Part shown: positions 50,254 to 61,190 of the stretch, one piece after another
Layout of the letters: each line of letters begins with the position of its first letter
Position numbering within the stretch: the first letter of the stretch is position 1
Assembly: GCA_030390025.1 (NCBI GenBank)
Contig: CM059425.1
Span: forward strand, 178,438,001 to 178,502,000
DNA: 64,000 nucleotides
Direction: 5' to 3'
DNA from: Squalus acanthias
Lineage: Eukaryota
Position numbers and translations under genes: made by a program
The notes under the pieces: model-generated
The model's input: the letters and a program-made list of their open reading frames with translations, nothing else
The model's database searches: none
What the model was told of the DNA's origin: nothing

Positions 50254-50873
50254 TCCGGAAGGTTACAGTCTAGTTAAACTTATTAAAAGTGCTATCTGGA
50301 GGACGGTAACATCTTCAAGTCGTTCCTTTCCTTTAGGGAGAGATAGTCTGAACCTTTAGACCCAATTAAGCGTCTTATAGGATTCGGCTATCTCTAACTT
50401 TAGTTGAAGGTGAACGTCTGGGGAATACACCTGATCCGGGGTGGCCTGAAAAGGGCTAGGACTAGTAATTATCCCTTCAAGCTCAGATTGGGCTCAGTTG
50501 TGATACCCGCCATGGCTACATCACCTGCTGACACTATTCAAGCACACACACCAACAGTATCCACTTAGCCCATGGAACGAAACCCTAACAAGAGTCAGCA
50601 TCATTAGGAGAGATGGAAGGGAGGGGTAGACCATCAGATCAATACACATATAGTAACCTTCCTTTTTAGGGATGGATTTTTGTGATCTGTACAGCTAACA
50701 TGCCAGGTGGCTGATCAAAAGGATATGTTATATACATCTCTGTTGGTTTTTTAAAAAATAACAAACAACAGTCACGGTACATCAAGAGAATCTTACAATG
50801 GATAAGACTACTAAAGATCTATACCTCTTACTGGTCATAACCCCATGTTATTCAAGAAAGTTTTGATCCCTAC

Positions 50874-50962
50874 CTTTCCCATGGTGTTGTATTCTACAGC
50901 TATTTCCCGAAAGAAGAAGTAGATATAATCATCGTAATCCACAGCCTGGACAAAATATGGTT
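50874..50962 (-). CDS. SEMA6A: SEMA6A exon (89 nt, sema domain)
   Basis: ttacag|[31 protein letters not shown]|gtaggg. Confidence 0.97.
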
Positions 50963-51024
50963 CTGTAAAAGAATAGGGAAGCACACATTAAATACTTCAG
51001 CTATAAACATAGTTCAAACACTGA

Positions 51025-51570
51025 GGGCGCGATCTTGCCAGCCCTGGGGAGGCGGGTATGGAGGCGGGACTGCCGGGAAAATGGCAGAATTTGGGGGCGG
51101 GTGCCCAACCCGCCCCCAACCCACCTCCATGCCATCTTGCCGGGAGGCGGGTAGCCGGATAGCCTGTTAACAGGCAGAAAATAGGCTTCGCACCTCCGCG
51201 GTAGAGATGACAGATGGCCGTTGCATTCTCCAATACAACAACCATCTAATTTCTGCAAAAGAAAGAGGTTTGATGAGGTCTTGAATTCAAGACCTCATCA
51301 AACTACAGAGAAAGTCACTATTTGACAGTTTCACAGAGCTGTCAAACGATGACAATTCATCTGTCACAAATTTTTGACAGATGAAACGTCATACGTTGAC
51401 GTTCTCTGCAACCGGCTTTCCCTTAATTGGCCTGCTAGGCCTGCTGGGCGGGCTTAACAAGGTCAATCAAGGGAAAATAGCATGGGTTGGCCAGAAGTTG
51501 ATGAAGGCGTAACTGAAACCCAACAAGTGGGAGTCCCGCCTCCAAAAGCTCCCCATTGGCAAAATCACCC
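51025..51570. mobile_element. Harbinger-type MITE
   Basis: Ends GGGCGCGATCTTGCCA and TGGCAAAATCACCC(C); flanks TGA/CGA (imperfect); multiple GGAGGCGGG motifs. Confidence 0.65.
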
Positions 51571-51666
51571 CGAGTCTCAGAGTGTCACAAGTTACATGGC
51601 ACAATCAAATCTTTCTATTTAATGCTCGTGCACAGTCCTATTTAAGCTGTGCATGCGGTACACAGA

Positions 51667-52755
51667 GGGCTGAAATTTGCCAGCGCTTCACCCTGTCATG
51701 AGTTCAGTCTGCTTTGATTTCCTTGATAACCTGACAGCTGTAGAAGTGGTATAAAGGATACCATGTTGCAGATGGTCAGTTTCAGAGCTCAGAAACTGTT
51801 GGTTACTGCATTTGTAAGACATATAGAGATTTCTTTAGCTTGCAAGTGTTTAGAGCCAACTGTATAATCAGTGGCACCTCATTGGAACAACCTCTCTCAA
51901 CATTGACAGATCGCTTCTGTCATCTCAACCTCAGCTGCCATCTATTCCAGCAACATCGGTGCCCTTGAAAAAAATCACACCTTGGTCCTCTGAATCCCTC
52001 CACGATCAGCCCCAACACCAATCAAGTGCCTACCCTTGTGTGTTATTAGTTAGTATGCTTGTAGTAGGATGAGGCTGAGTGTGAGGGGTGGCTAGTGAAA
52101 TGGGGAAGTGATAATGTAGATAGAGAGGGATGGGTGGAGGTGCAAGGTAAGTTGGTGTGAGTAAGGATGTGCAGGAGTAGGGTAGGGAAGGCAGAGTGAT
52201 AGGGATGCAATGAGTGGCACAGCAGGGTGAGTTTGAGTGTAGCTTTGTACTAACGTTTCGTGATCTACTGAGATCATTGAAAGGTTGGTGCTACTGCAGC
52301 CACATCCCTGCTTCTTTTCTCCTGTGCAATGTGCAACCAGACTGCATTGATCTCCTGGGGAGGACTCTCTGTGGAGGACTCTTCCGCCCATGGGAAGGGA
52401 AGAGAACCTCCCTGCGTGCTGTGACTCCCTCCATATGCTTATGGTGGGAGAGCCCGGGTGCATCCGTCCACCTTTGTGCAGTTCTTGTCAGTGTTTGCAG
52501 CACCTCAATGCTGCAGAACAGTGATAGCACAACTGTCAAAATCAATGTGGCCGTGGTCCCTTTAAGGAAACCGGCTGATGAAGCATCATCAAATGACGCC
52601 ATCAGACCCGCTTCCTGTTAATTGGCCAGGAACCCCGCAGGGCGGGCTTAACAAGGCCAATCTACAGAAAATCTTTTTGAGAGAGTGGCTGCAGACGGGA
52701 GCGGGACCAAAAACCGCCAACCAGCTCTCCCGCCTCTGCAGGGAAAATCCAACCC
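51667..52755 (-). mobile_element. Deleted Harbinger derivative with Myb/SANT pseudogene remnant
   Basis: Ends GGGCTGAAATTT and reverse complement GGGTTGGATTTT, AGA on both sides. Minus-strand MEGVTARREVLFPSHGRKSPP resembles IEGARANKEVLFPSSGRKKPS of the neighbouring element. Confidence 0.7.
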
Positions 52756-53388
52756 AGAGTGTGGGATGACATCCACAGGGTAACTGCCGGAGTTAGTTCT
52801 CAATGGTATTGTTGTGGGATTCCCACAGGTACAGAGCTTGGCAGTTAATGTCCGATGATACAGTGCGCGCAATGTCATCACCACCTTCTGCAAGTGCTTT
52901 TGTGCTAAAAAATGGATTTTTAAAAATCAAAAATGAAAGATGGGGATATGAAAAACATTCCACAAGGAATTTCTATATACCATGACTTCCCGAGGTGTGC
53001 CTTACTAGTATTCAGTGACACCACTTGGAGTTCACTCAAATCAAACCACAAAACCCTGCCTCGCGCAAAGAAAATAAAAACCACAAGATCTTTAGAAGTT
53101 AGAGATAATGGGCTGGATTCTGATTCAGGGGCGGGCTAGGGTCGTGTAATCCGCATTTCGTGTCAGCCACCCGAATCTAAATCGATGTGGGAGATTGATG
53201 CAATTTTAACATAATTGGCCAATTGAATTCCAACGTGTGGGAACCCATGGCCAGTGAGTTTTTCCAGTCTGAAAGTCGCTTCCGATGACGTCATCATTGC
53301 TGCAGCATTTAAGGTCTGCAACAAGCCTTGCTTCCTCTGCAGACTGCCAAGCTTCTGCCTTTGCATGTTAGAGGCACCTGCAGGAAGA

Positions 53389-53628
53389 ATGGCCAGCCAG
53401 AGACCTAGGTCTGCACCTCGATTTGATGACGTCGCCCTGCAAGCTTTAATTGAGGGAGCCAGAGCTAATAAGGAGGTGCTCTTCCCTTCTTCAGGGAGGA
53501 AGAAGCCTTCCCATCAAACCAAGCCTGTGTGGATCCAGGTGGCAGAGGAGGTCAACTCGTTGTCCATAACCCGCAGAACCTGGCTTCAGTGCAGGAAGAG
53601 GTTTCATGACCTGCTGCGCACTGGAAAA
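53389..53628 (+). CDS. Harbinger Myb/SANT-like DNA-binding protein, exon 1
   Basis: MASQRPRSAPRFDDVALQALIEG...WIQVAEEVNSLSITRRTWLQCRKRFHDL matches the Myb/SANT (trihelix) pattern; donor AAA|gtgagt, phase 0. An in-frame ATG also lies at 53365. Confidence 0.85.
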
Positions 53629-53971
53629 GTGAGTATGAATTTCCCATCACCCTCATTCTGATCCCCATTGCCTCTCCTCACCAGCACTCAGCTTTGACAA
53701 CCTCTTCCTCCACATCCCACTTGACACTGACATCCCTGCACCCTTACCCATTTCCTCTCTCTGTATGGTCACATTCACCTAACTATTCGACTATGCAGCC
53801 TTCACACTCCCTATCGCTGTGATGCTATGAAAACAACTTACAACACACAGGGAGGGCCCATGGTCTTGCCACCTCACTCCAAATTTGTCTCCTTCTAACC
53901 ATCAATGATATAGATTCTCTACACTCACTCCTTCATTCTCACTCAAACTCCACTTGTCTCCCTCATTGCAG

Positions 53972-54131
53972 GAAAAGAGAGCTCACAATAAGAGGGAAAG
54001 AGCGAGGACAGGAGGAGGGCCACCCTCAGTAGCCCAGCTCACCACCTGGGAGGAGGCGGTCCTGGAGATCATGGGAGTGGAGGAGGATGCGCAAGTGGGG
54101 GACGGACAGACGGGCGCATCAGAGCAAGCTG
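53972..54131 (+). CDS. Harbinger Myb/SANT-like protein, exon 2
   Basis: ttgcag|EKRAHNKRERARTGGGPP...G|gtgaca. TGGG is typical after this domain. Phase 0 to 1. Confidence 0.8.
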
Positions 54132-54288
54132 GTGACAGAATAGTTTATCATCTCTCTCATTGACATTGCATGAGTCACTGATAATGATTCTGATGCTCCA
54201 GCAGACTGACTTATGATCATCTGCAATATGCAATGTGCATGTAACCTTGGACTCACATCTCTGACTCTTTCCTTTACTCCCCCCCCAG

Positions 54289-55355
54289 GACCATCACGAG
54301 CAGCTGTCCCCACCGTCCAGGAGGAAGAGCATGAGTCTCACCACTCCTCAGAGGAAGCTGCAACCTCTGAGGGCGCCGCGTCAGCAGAATTCAGCGCACC
54401 CAGCACCAGCGCAGACACTCACACCTCGGAGGGAACATCGCGAGATAGAGTAGTGTTGTCACCTGGTGTATTACAGCTCACAAGTGAGCATCAGCAGATA
54501 GTGGAGACAGGGACAGCAGTGGAGAGTCCTAGTCGGAGGGCGCAGGACTCTCCTAGCTTGGCTCAGCTGCATGTCGACCCTCTGCCTCTGGGTCCATCCA
54601 TAAGATTAGTGGTGCTGGAACTCCAGGAACAGATGCAGGAGTCTCTGGCAGGTTTTGTCTCCAGGGTCGCTGCGAGTGTGGAGCGAATGGAGGAGTCCAT
54701 AGCGAACATGAGCAGAGCCTTTGTGGAGTCATTGGCGCATGAACGCATCACCACGGAAAGGATAGCAACCTCCGTGGAAAGGATGGCTACAGTAGAGGAG
54801 AGGTTGGCTACGGCTATGGAGGAGATAAGTCGCCAGAGTGTAGAAAACATGGTCATTGTTCAGAATAGACTGGCATCTCTTGAGGAGCGATGGTCATCTA
54901 TTGAACACAGAAAACAGAGCTTCATGGAAGTCCTTCTGAGTAGGACTTCCAGTGCAGATACGGGTCCCCATGGCCCTCCTGATGTGCAGCAAGGTGCTCG
55001 CAATCCACTTGCAAGCGCTGAGGTGGGGCTGACCCATGAGAGGGATGTTGGTGGCAGACAACAAGGAAGTGGGGGCTCCTCTCCAAGCGCTCACACGACC
55101 AAGCCACTGCAAAGCCCTCGGTCAGAGCCCCACCAGAGTCCTCACCCAACTGAGATGGGCGTCTCAACCACTGCACAGCCGCAGGAGCAGCAGACTGTTG
55201 CCGAGCCCTCACAGGCTCGCAACCCCAGAGGACGCCCGCCAAAGGTGTCGAGGCAGGAGCAGCAAGAAAGTGAGCAAGGGGCTTCCACATCTGCTGAAGC
55301 CACAGGGGAAGCACCACGTAGGAGCACGCGTAAAAGAAAAATAATGCACAAGTAG
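54289..55355 (+). CDS. Harbinger Myb/SANT-like protein, exon 3 (coiled coil, AT-hook-like RGRP, basic C-terminus)
   Basis: Polypyrimidine tract plus cccag acceptor, phase 1 compatible, open to TAG at 55353-55355. Contains heptad-like ERIATSVERMATVEERL, PRGRPPK and RRSTRKRK. Confidence 0.8.
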
Positions 55356-55601
55356 TCACAAGGGTAGTCACTTGGGTGTAATGTTGTGTTTAATCTTGAA
55401 ATGCCAGCACTTGCTTGGTGTGATTAAAAATTCTGCTGGCAAACTGCTGAAGTTGTGGCATCTGTCATTTCGCAAATGGGACTTCCACATTGAGGGCTTA
55501 GGATGACTTGCAATTGTCAGTATGGTGGTCAGAGTGATAGGAATCCGCATTGTCGATGGTCTGATAAGAAGGTGCAAGGCAAAAGTGTTTGATTGTGCAG
55601 G

Positions 55602-55823
55602 CTAAGCAAATCTGGTCAAGTGCATCCCTTGCATCTCGGGCAGCAATGTGGTCGCGCGCTGGCGCCTTCTGGCTTGTGCAGCTTCAGGTGGGTGAGGAGC
55701 AACTTGGCACTCCTGTTGATGCTGCTGCTGCTGGTGGTGCTGTTGTTCATGATTCTGCTGCTGCCACGGCTGGTCTTCGTCCGAATCTGATGTCCAGGAG
55801 GAAAGGAAATAAATGGTTCCCAT
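55602..55823 (-). pseudogene. Probable remnant of the Harbinger transposase gene (N- and C-termini joined, core missing)
   Basis: Convergent with the Myb gene at the expected transposase position. Acidic/Q-rich start MGTIYFLSSWTSDSDEDQ...QQ and a frameshifted RDARDAL...RFA* ending. No DDE motifs seen. Confidence 0.5.
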
Positions 55824-56391
55824 GCTTCTGGTATATGCCTCAGTTGAGGAAGCGCTCAGTCAAGGTGGCGAGAGGGGTTTCCCAGGAGGTCATACTGGAG
55901 ATGGGTGTCAGGCTCCAAACTTCCACAGCTGTGGTTATGCCATATAAAAGTTCCCCCAGACCTCAGACAACAAAGTCCTGCCAGCTTCAAATGATGGCTG
56001 ATCACATCTCCTATTTCATGGTTGAGCTGCAGCTGATAGTCAGCAATCCAAATGTGCTACCGCCAGGTTTCACATTCGTGGTTCAGAACAGGCGTGCTTC
56101 ACATAGAAAAAGGGTTAAAATCACAAAGGCCTTTCAAAATGGCATTATAGAGGCAATTTAACGGCCTATCCCGCCTCTTGAAGGCGGGATGGAGTCGGGA
56201 CCAGCAGACACGATTTAATGAAAATTGCGTGGAGGCGGGATGGAGGCGGGCTTGTGCCCGCCCGCCAGTTTTCGCAATTTTAACCCCCCACACGCCTCCA
56301 AACCCGCCTCCACGGGCCAATGAAAATTCTGCCCAATGACATTTTGGAATCTTGACAAGACAGTCATCAAACACAATCTTTGTTTACTCAC

Positions 56392-56511
56392 CTTTCAACC
56401 ATTTTGAGTCATGTTTTACTGTCCGCAGTGTTGGACTTTCCCCAAGGCTCCGATAAATAACAGCATCAATTGCAAGGAAGTCTGTTACAGTTGCTGAATA
56501 AAGCTTGCCTT
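56392..56511 (-). CDS. SEMA6A: SEMA6A exon (120 nt, sema domain)
   Basis: ttccag|[42 protein letters not shown]|gtgagt. Confidence 0.98.
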
Positions 56512-56680
56512 CTGGAAGAAATATAATAAAAAAGACATTCTACATTAACCAGTTTCATTTAGATGGGAAATATGCAGTAAGATCTTTAGAATTCACTAAA
56601 ATCAAACCACAAAAGATAAAACTGGAAAAGGACACCAGTTATTACATTGAATCACAGTTGTTTCAGATACATCTCAAGTA

Positions 56681-57044
56681 CAGGAAACTCTTTATTAACC
56701 GGCACCGACGGGACCGGCGTGGTGCCGGTTAATCAAAAAGTCCGGATAACGGAGAGTTATATCTCCCAACGTACGAGAGCCCCGTCCACATTGACATGCG
56801 CCTGCATTCGGAGCTCCATCTCCCCGGGGACCGCCATCTGACCATCTGTCGTGTCCGCTGCCTACCCGGGCTGCACATTCCCCTCCCAATCTACACGCTC
56901 CGATACAAGGCAAACGCCTCGGGGTTTTTTTTAAAGTTAATTTTAAACGAGAGATGAAGGAAAACCCCGGTTACCTTCTCAAGAATTTTGCCGGTTAAGA
57001 GAGATTTCCGGATATTTGGGTGCCGGTTAATAAAGAGTTTCCTG
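56681..57044. mobile_element. Tc1/mariner-superfamily (Tigger/pogo-like) MITE
   Basis: Perfect 26-bp TIRs CAGGAAACTCTTTATTAACCGGCACC with TA on both sides; internal copies of TGCCGGTTAA. Confidence 0.92.
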
Positions 57045-57714
57045 TATGTTGTCCAGGCAATAGTTAACTTTGGTCAACAGGTTAGGCCACAGATAAACTC
57101 TAAATTACTTATCTAAGTTGGCAATCAAACTACTAATCAATAGTTACAAATCAACAGTGACTACTAACAAATCAGCCTCAAAACAAGCAACAATACTATT
57201 ATCATACAGATATCCCAAAAATTCCAAGATGTAAGGTAGGTGTTATAACTTTTAAGTTTGAGTTCAATATTTTCTCAGGTACAGCTGTACTCCTATAAGC
57301 AGCCTAAACTTCTGGCGTTAAGGAGTGTGCCAGCATAATCCAGGGGTGTAACAATAGGACCCCCTTCTGCTCTGAACTGGATATTTGATGAGTAACAGAT
57401 CTAATCAAATTTCACCTTGATTCAACAAACTACAGAACCCTTCCCGAGAGCAAGAAAAATAATCAAAACTACACATTATCACCGTTAACAAATTTGCTTA
57501 ACTTTTCATGGTCAGCTTTCTGATTCTGACCAGCTCTGGACTAGAGGAGCGAGTTTCCCTGCACTAGGTAAGACTCCCCCCCCCCCCACCCCCACCCCGG
57601 TGACCTATCTGGCTATCTGACTGTCCCATGTCTCTACTTTCTACACGCTTGAGTATTTACACAAAATGGAAGGGTGGGGCATCAGACTCCTTCCCCATTC
57701 AGGGTTTCACCAGT

Positions 57715-57947
57715 ACAGAATCATAGAATGGTTACAGCACGGAAGAAGGCCATTCGGCCTCTCGAGCCCGTGCCGACTCTCAGCTAGTCCCACTCCCTCA
57801 CCCTTTCCCCGTAGCCCTGCAATTTTTTTTCCCTTCAGATACTTATCCAACTCCCTTTTGAAAGATAAGATTAAGTCTGCCTCCACCACCCTTTCAGGAA
57901 GTGCATTCCAGATCTTAACCACTCGCTGCGTAAAAAAGTTTTTTCTT
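57715..57947 (-). mobile_element. CR1 LINE 3' end fragment
   Basis: RKNFFTQRVVKIWNALPERVVEA...FKRELDKYL and a ttctatgattct tail. Confidence 0.85.
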
Positions 57948-58187
57948 ACATTGCCTATCAACCAAACCGAATATCCCTTCTTCCAACAACAGACATCTGA
58001 AGTTAGGCTGACACAAATAGAAACACCCCTACTCCCCTCCCCCCAATAGGTGTGGAGGTGTGGATGTTCACTACTATTTCTAATTTTCATTATTTAGAGA
58101 ATGGGAGGGCAGCAAGGACAGCACTAGAGTAATAAAGTTTACTGGTAATGGACTGGGGGTTTGCTGTATACTAAAGGCTGGAATATT

Positions 58188-58910
58188 GGCCCAAAAATTC
58201 ATCCCGGTGCGCGAGAGTATTCCCTCTGCAATTGCCGGTTTTCTGCATGCCCTGCGCATGCGCTGAAAACCGGCAATTGCTCTTTTGAAAAGGGGGCGGT
58301 TCCTCGGTGCATCGCGTGCGCGCTACAGGCTGCGCGCACACTGTGCACTTCATGCTTTGGACGCGCAGGTAAGTACGGAAGATTTTAGAAATGGAAAAAG
58401 GAGGAGTAAGACCCACTTTTAACAAGGTAAGTAGTGAATTAAGTATTTTTTTGAATTTTTTTTAACAGGTATATCTTTTTTAGAGACTTTAAAGACAGGT
58501 AAGTTTATTTTTATAACTTTTTAAAAGATTTTAAATTTTTTCAAAAATTTAATTTTTTATTTAAAATGGTTAATTTATTTAACTATACTTATTTTATTAA
58601 TGTGATGGTTTTTTAAAAAAATTTAATTGAGGTTTAGCTGTTATTTTGGGGGGGTGTAAGATTCATAGATTTCACAGCAGGTCTGTGAAACTTATGAATG
58701 GAAGATGGTGTGCTGCCATTGGCTCTAACTGAGTCACGTGATCCCACAGCTCGCACGAATTCACTATGCCGCTGGGATACGCAAGCACTGCCCAGCTGAT
58801 GTCTGGAACATCAAGTTCGTGCGAGCTGGATCTGAAAAAGCACAAGCGGAGTGAGAGATCGCGGGGAAGGCTTACCCCCGCGGGAACAGAGCGAGATCAA
58901 TTTCTGGGCC
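58188..58910. mobile_element. Harbinger-type MITE with AT-rich core
   Basis: TIRs GGCCCAAAAATTCATC and reverse complement GGCCCAGAAATTGATC (14/16); ATT at 58185-87 and 58911-13. Confidence 0.85.
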
Positions 58911-59201
58911 ATTCTGTTTACATCTGAAGATGTCTTCCCCGTGATTGATAGGATGACCAACATTTGCCATTCCCCATTCCCCATTGTGAATCTTCTAAAT
59001 CATGTGCTGTTGTAGCAGTGACAGTGTGTTACTGGGACACCACACTGCTTTAGATTCAGAAAATACCCTACATTTTCTGTGAGTTGTGTATTTCATGGGG
59101 GGGGAGGGGGAAATCAAAAGAATAAATGCTTTTTGACTGAATATTTAAATGAATTACATTGTGTCCATTAGACCTATCACAAAGTCTAGATAAATGCTCA
59201 C

Positions 59202-59295
59202 CAGCAAAAAGTGCAACATTTGCATGTTTTGGATCATAAGGGCACCTGGCCATTCCACTGATGTTGTCGTCTCCAAAGATGTCCAGGGTGTCCAA
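59202..59295 (-). CDS. SEMA6A: SEMA6A exon (94 nt, sema domain); most 5' exon found in the window
   Basis: cttcag|[32 protein letters not shown]|gtgagc. Confidence 0.97.
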
Positions 59296-60734
59296 CTGAA
59301 GCAGACAGGAAGAATTCATGTTCAAGTTCTTGAGCAAGTGGCCAATAATATTATTTAAGAACAGTGTGTCATTAACTTTTCACAATGCATTTTACTCAAC
59401 TAAGGCAACCATCCACTGCTATGGCCTCCATCTCAGTTTAAGATAATATGTAAAGGAGTGATTCCACAATCAAGTGCTCTCAGTGGGAAGTAAGACATTC
59501 ACTGGGAGAACGTCTCAGGAAAACATGACGCACACCCTGTAATTTTTCCTTTACTAAAGTTAACAGATAGAAAATTGGAGGCTGTGCACCCACAAAGTTC
59601 CCAAGATCCACTTCCTATGAGCATTGTTCCCCAATAGGAACATTGAGAACCTTGGAATGACCCCTATAGACTTCTCATATCACCTCCTTTACACAGTTGA
59701 AGAAAGTGATTTATTTAACAACCGAACATTTTAGAGCAAACACAACAACGGAAGAAAACATGGAAATAAAATATTTGTAGCACATGAATGAATGAATATA
59801 TACATATCAAAACTGTAACATTTTGAATTAGAATAATAGTAATATATGAATACTTAAGGAAATGAGTTCACAAAGGAGGGAGAACTTTAGAGAGTGATCC
59901 AACACAGTGTGCTCATCTACAAACACATAATAAAAGGCTTGAGAACAGGCTCGTTGGCTATCCTCTTTTTGGAGGCAATTTTGCAAACTACAGGGAGGGA
60001 GAAGGTTTAAGTATAATTATTGTTAAAAATTAGAAATTTGCCATAATATACTGCATAGATTGTCTCTTTAAAGCAGCCGGCAAATTTGTGCTTTTAGTGC
60101 TCTAACAGTTGGGTTATGGTAGGAAAGAATGTTATCTGGAAGTGTGGCCAACATCCAAAAATGCATCTATTACTACTGATCTTCCCCCAGTAGCTGGAGC
60201 ATTCTAACCGCCATTGCCCTCTTTGTAGCATTTGAAATTTGCTTTTACTTCCCGAAAATGACTGGTGCCTATAACTTGCCCAATGGTTGAAGAATAGTTG
60301 TACTGCTCATGTCGTATTAAACTATACAAACCAGGAAAGTTCCAGATTTGATGCCTGAGTTAGGTGATCTCAGCTGGTGCAGCAGTATAACTGCTACAGT
60401 TGACGTCTGCACCTCTGGGCAGGGGAAAAAATTCAGCCATGGTTTTTGCTTCTAATCATATCCAGTGACCCCTGCTGGACATATATCTAAATACAATGTG
60501 AGGCCTGGTCTGTCATGCTCTCTGGTTAAAATAACCTGCTGGCACTCATAGGCTAGGTTCACACATAAAGAATGGCCACTTGGGGTGAAGTACTAGAGTA
60601 CTGTCAATGTCTGTGGAACCTTGTCCCAACAGGAAGCAGCGTCTTCAGAAGAGGAAGAGGAGAAATTGAAACAAAATAAAAACTGCTGGTGCTGCATCAG
60701 CTAAAAAAAAATGAAACCTTTTAATTTGTATTAG

Positions 60735-61190
60735 CCTTGGCTCAGTGGTAGCACTCTCGCCTCTGCATTAGAAGGTTGTGGGTTCAAGCCCCACTCCAGA
60801 GACTCAAGTGAATAATATAGGCTGATGTTTCAGTACAGTACTGAGGGAGTGCTGCACTGTCAGACGTGGCATCTTTTGGATAAGAAGTTAAACAAAAGCC
60901 CCATCTGCCCTTTCAGGTGGGCATAAAAGATTCCATGGCAATATGCACAGAAGAGCAGGGAGGTTTTCCCAGTGTTCTGACCAACATTTATCCTTCAAAC
61001 ACCACCAAAAACAGATCATCTAGTCATTTATCTCATTGCCATTTGTGGGACCTTGCTGTGCACAAATTGGCTGCCACGTTTCACTGGATTACAACAGTGA
61101 CTACGCTTCAAAAGTACTTAATTGGCTGTGAAATGTTTTGGATGTGCTACGGTCAAGGAAGGTTCTGTATAAAATGCAAGTCCTTTCTTT
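60735..61190 (+). mobile_element. DeuSINE-like (SacSINE1/AmnSINE1-related) near-full copy
   Basis: A-box ggctcagtggtagca, B-box ggttcaagccc, Deu-like body and taaaatgcaagtcctttctt tail. Confidence 0.75.

Larger units (their letters stand above)
53110..56334. mobile_element. Harbinger/PIF DNA transposon (non-autonomous deletion derivative)
   Basis: Ends GGGCTGGATTCT and reverse complement GGGCAGAATTTT; AAT at 53107-09 and 56335-37. Contains a Myb/SANT gene on + and a convergent remnant on -. Confidence 0.85.

Noticed and set aside
54563..55371. Antisense and alternate-frame ORFs over the Myb gene and over the SEMA6A last exon (18884-19515)
   Set aside because: Shadow ORFs of real coding sequence with no independent support.
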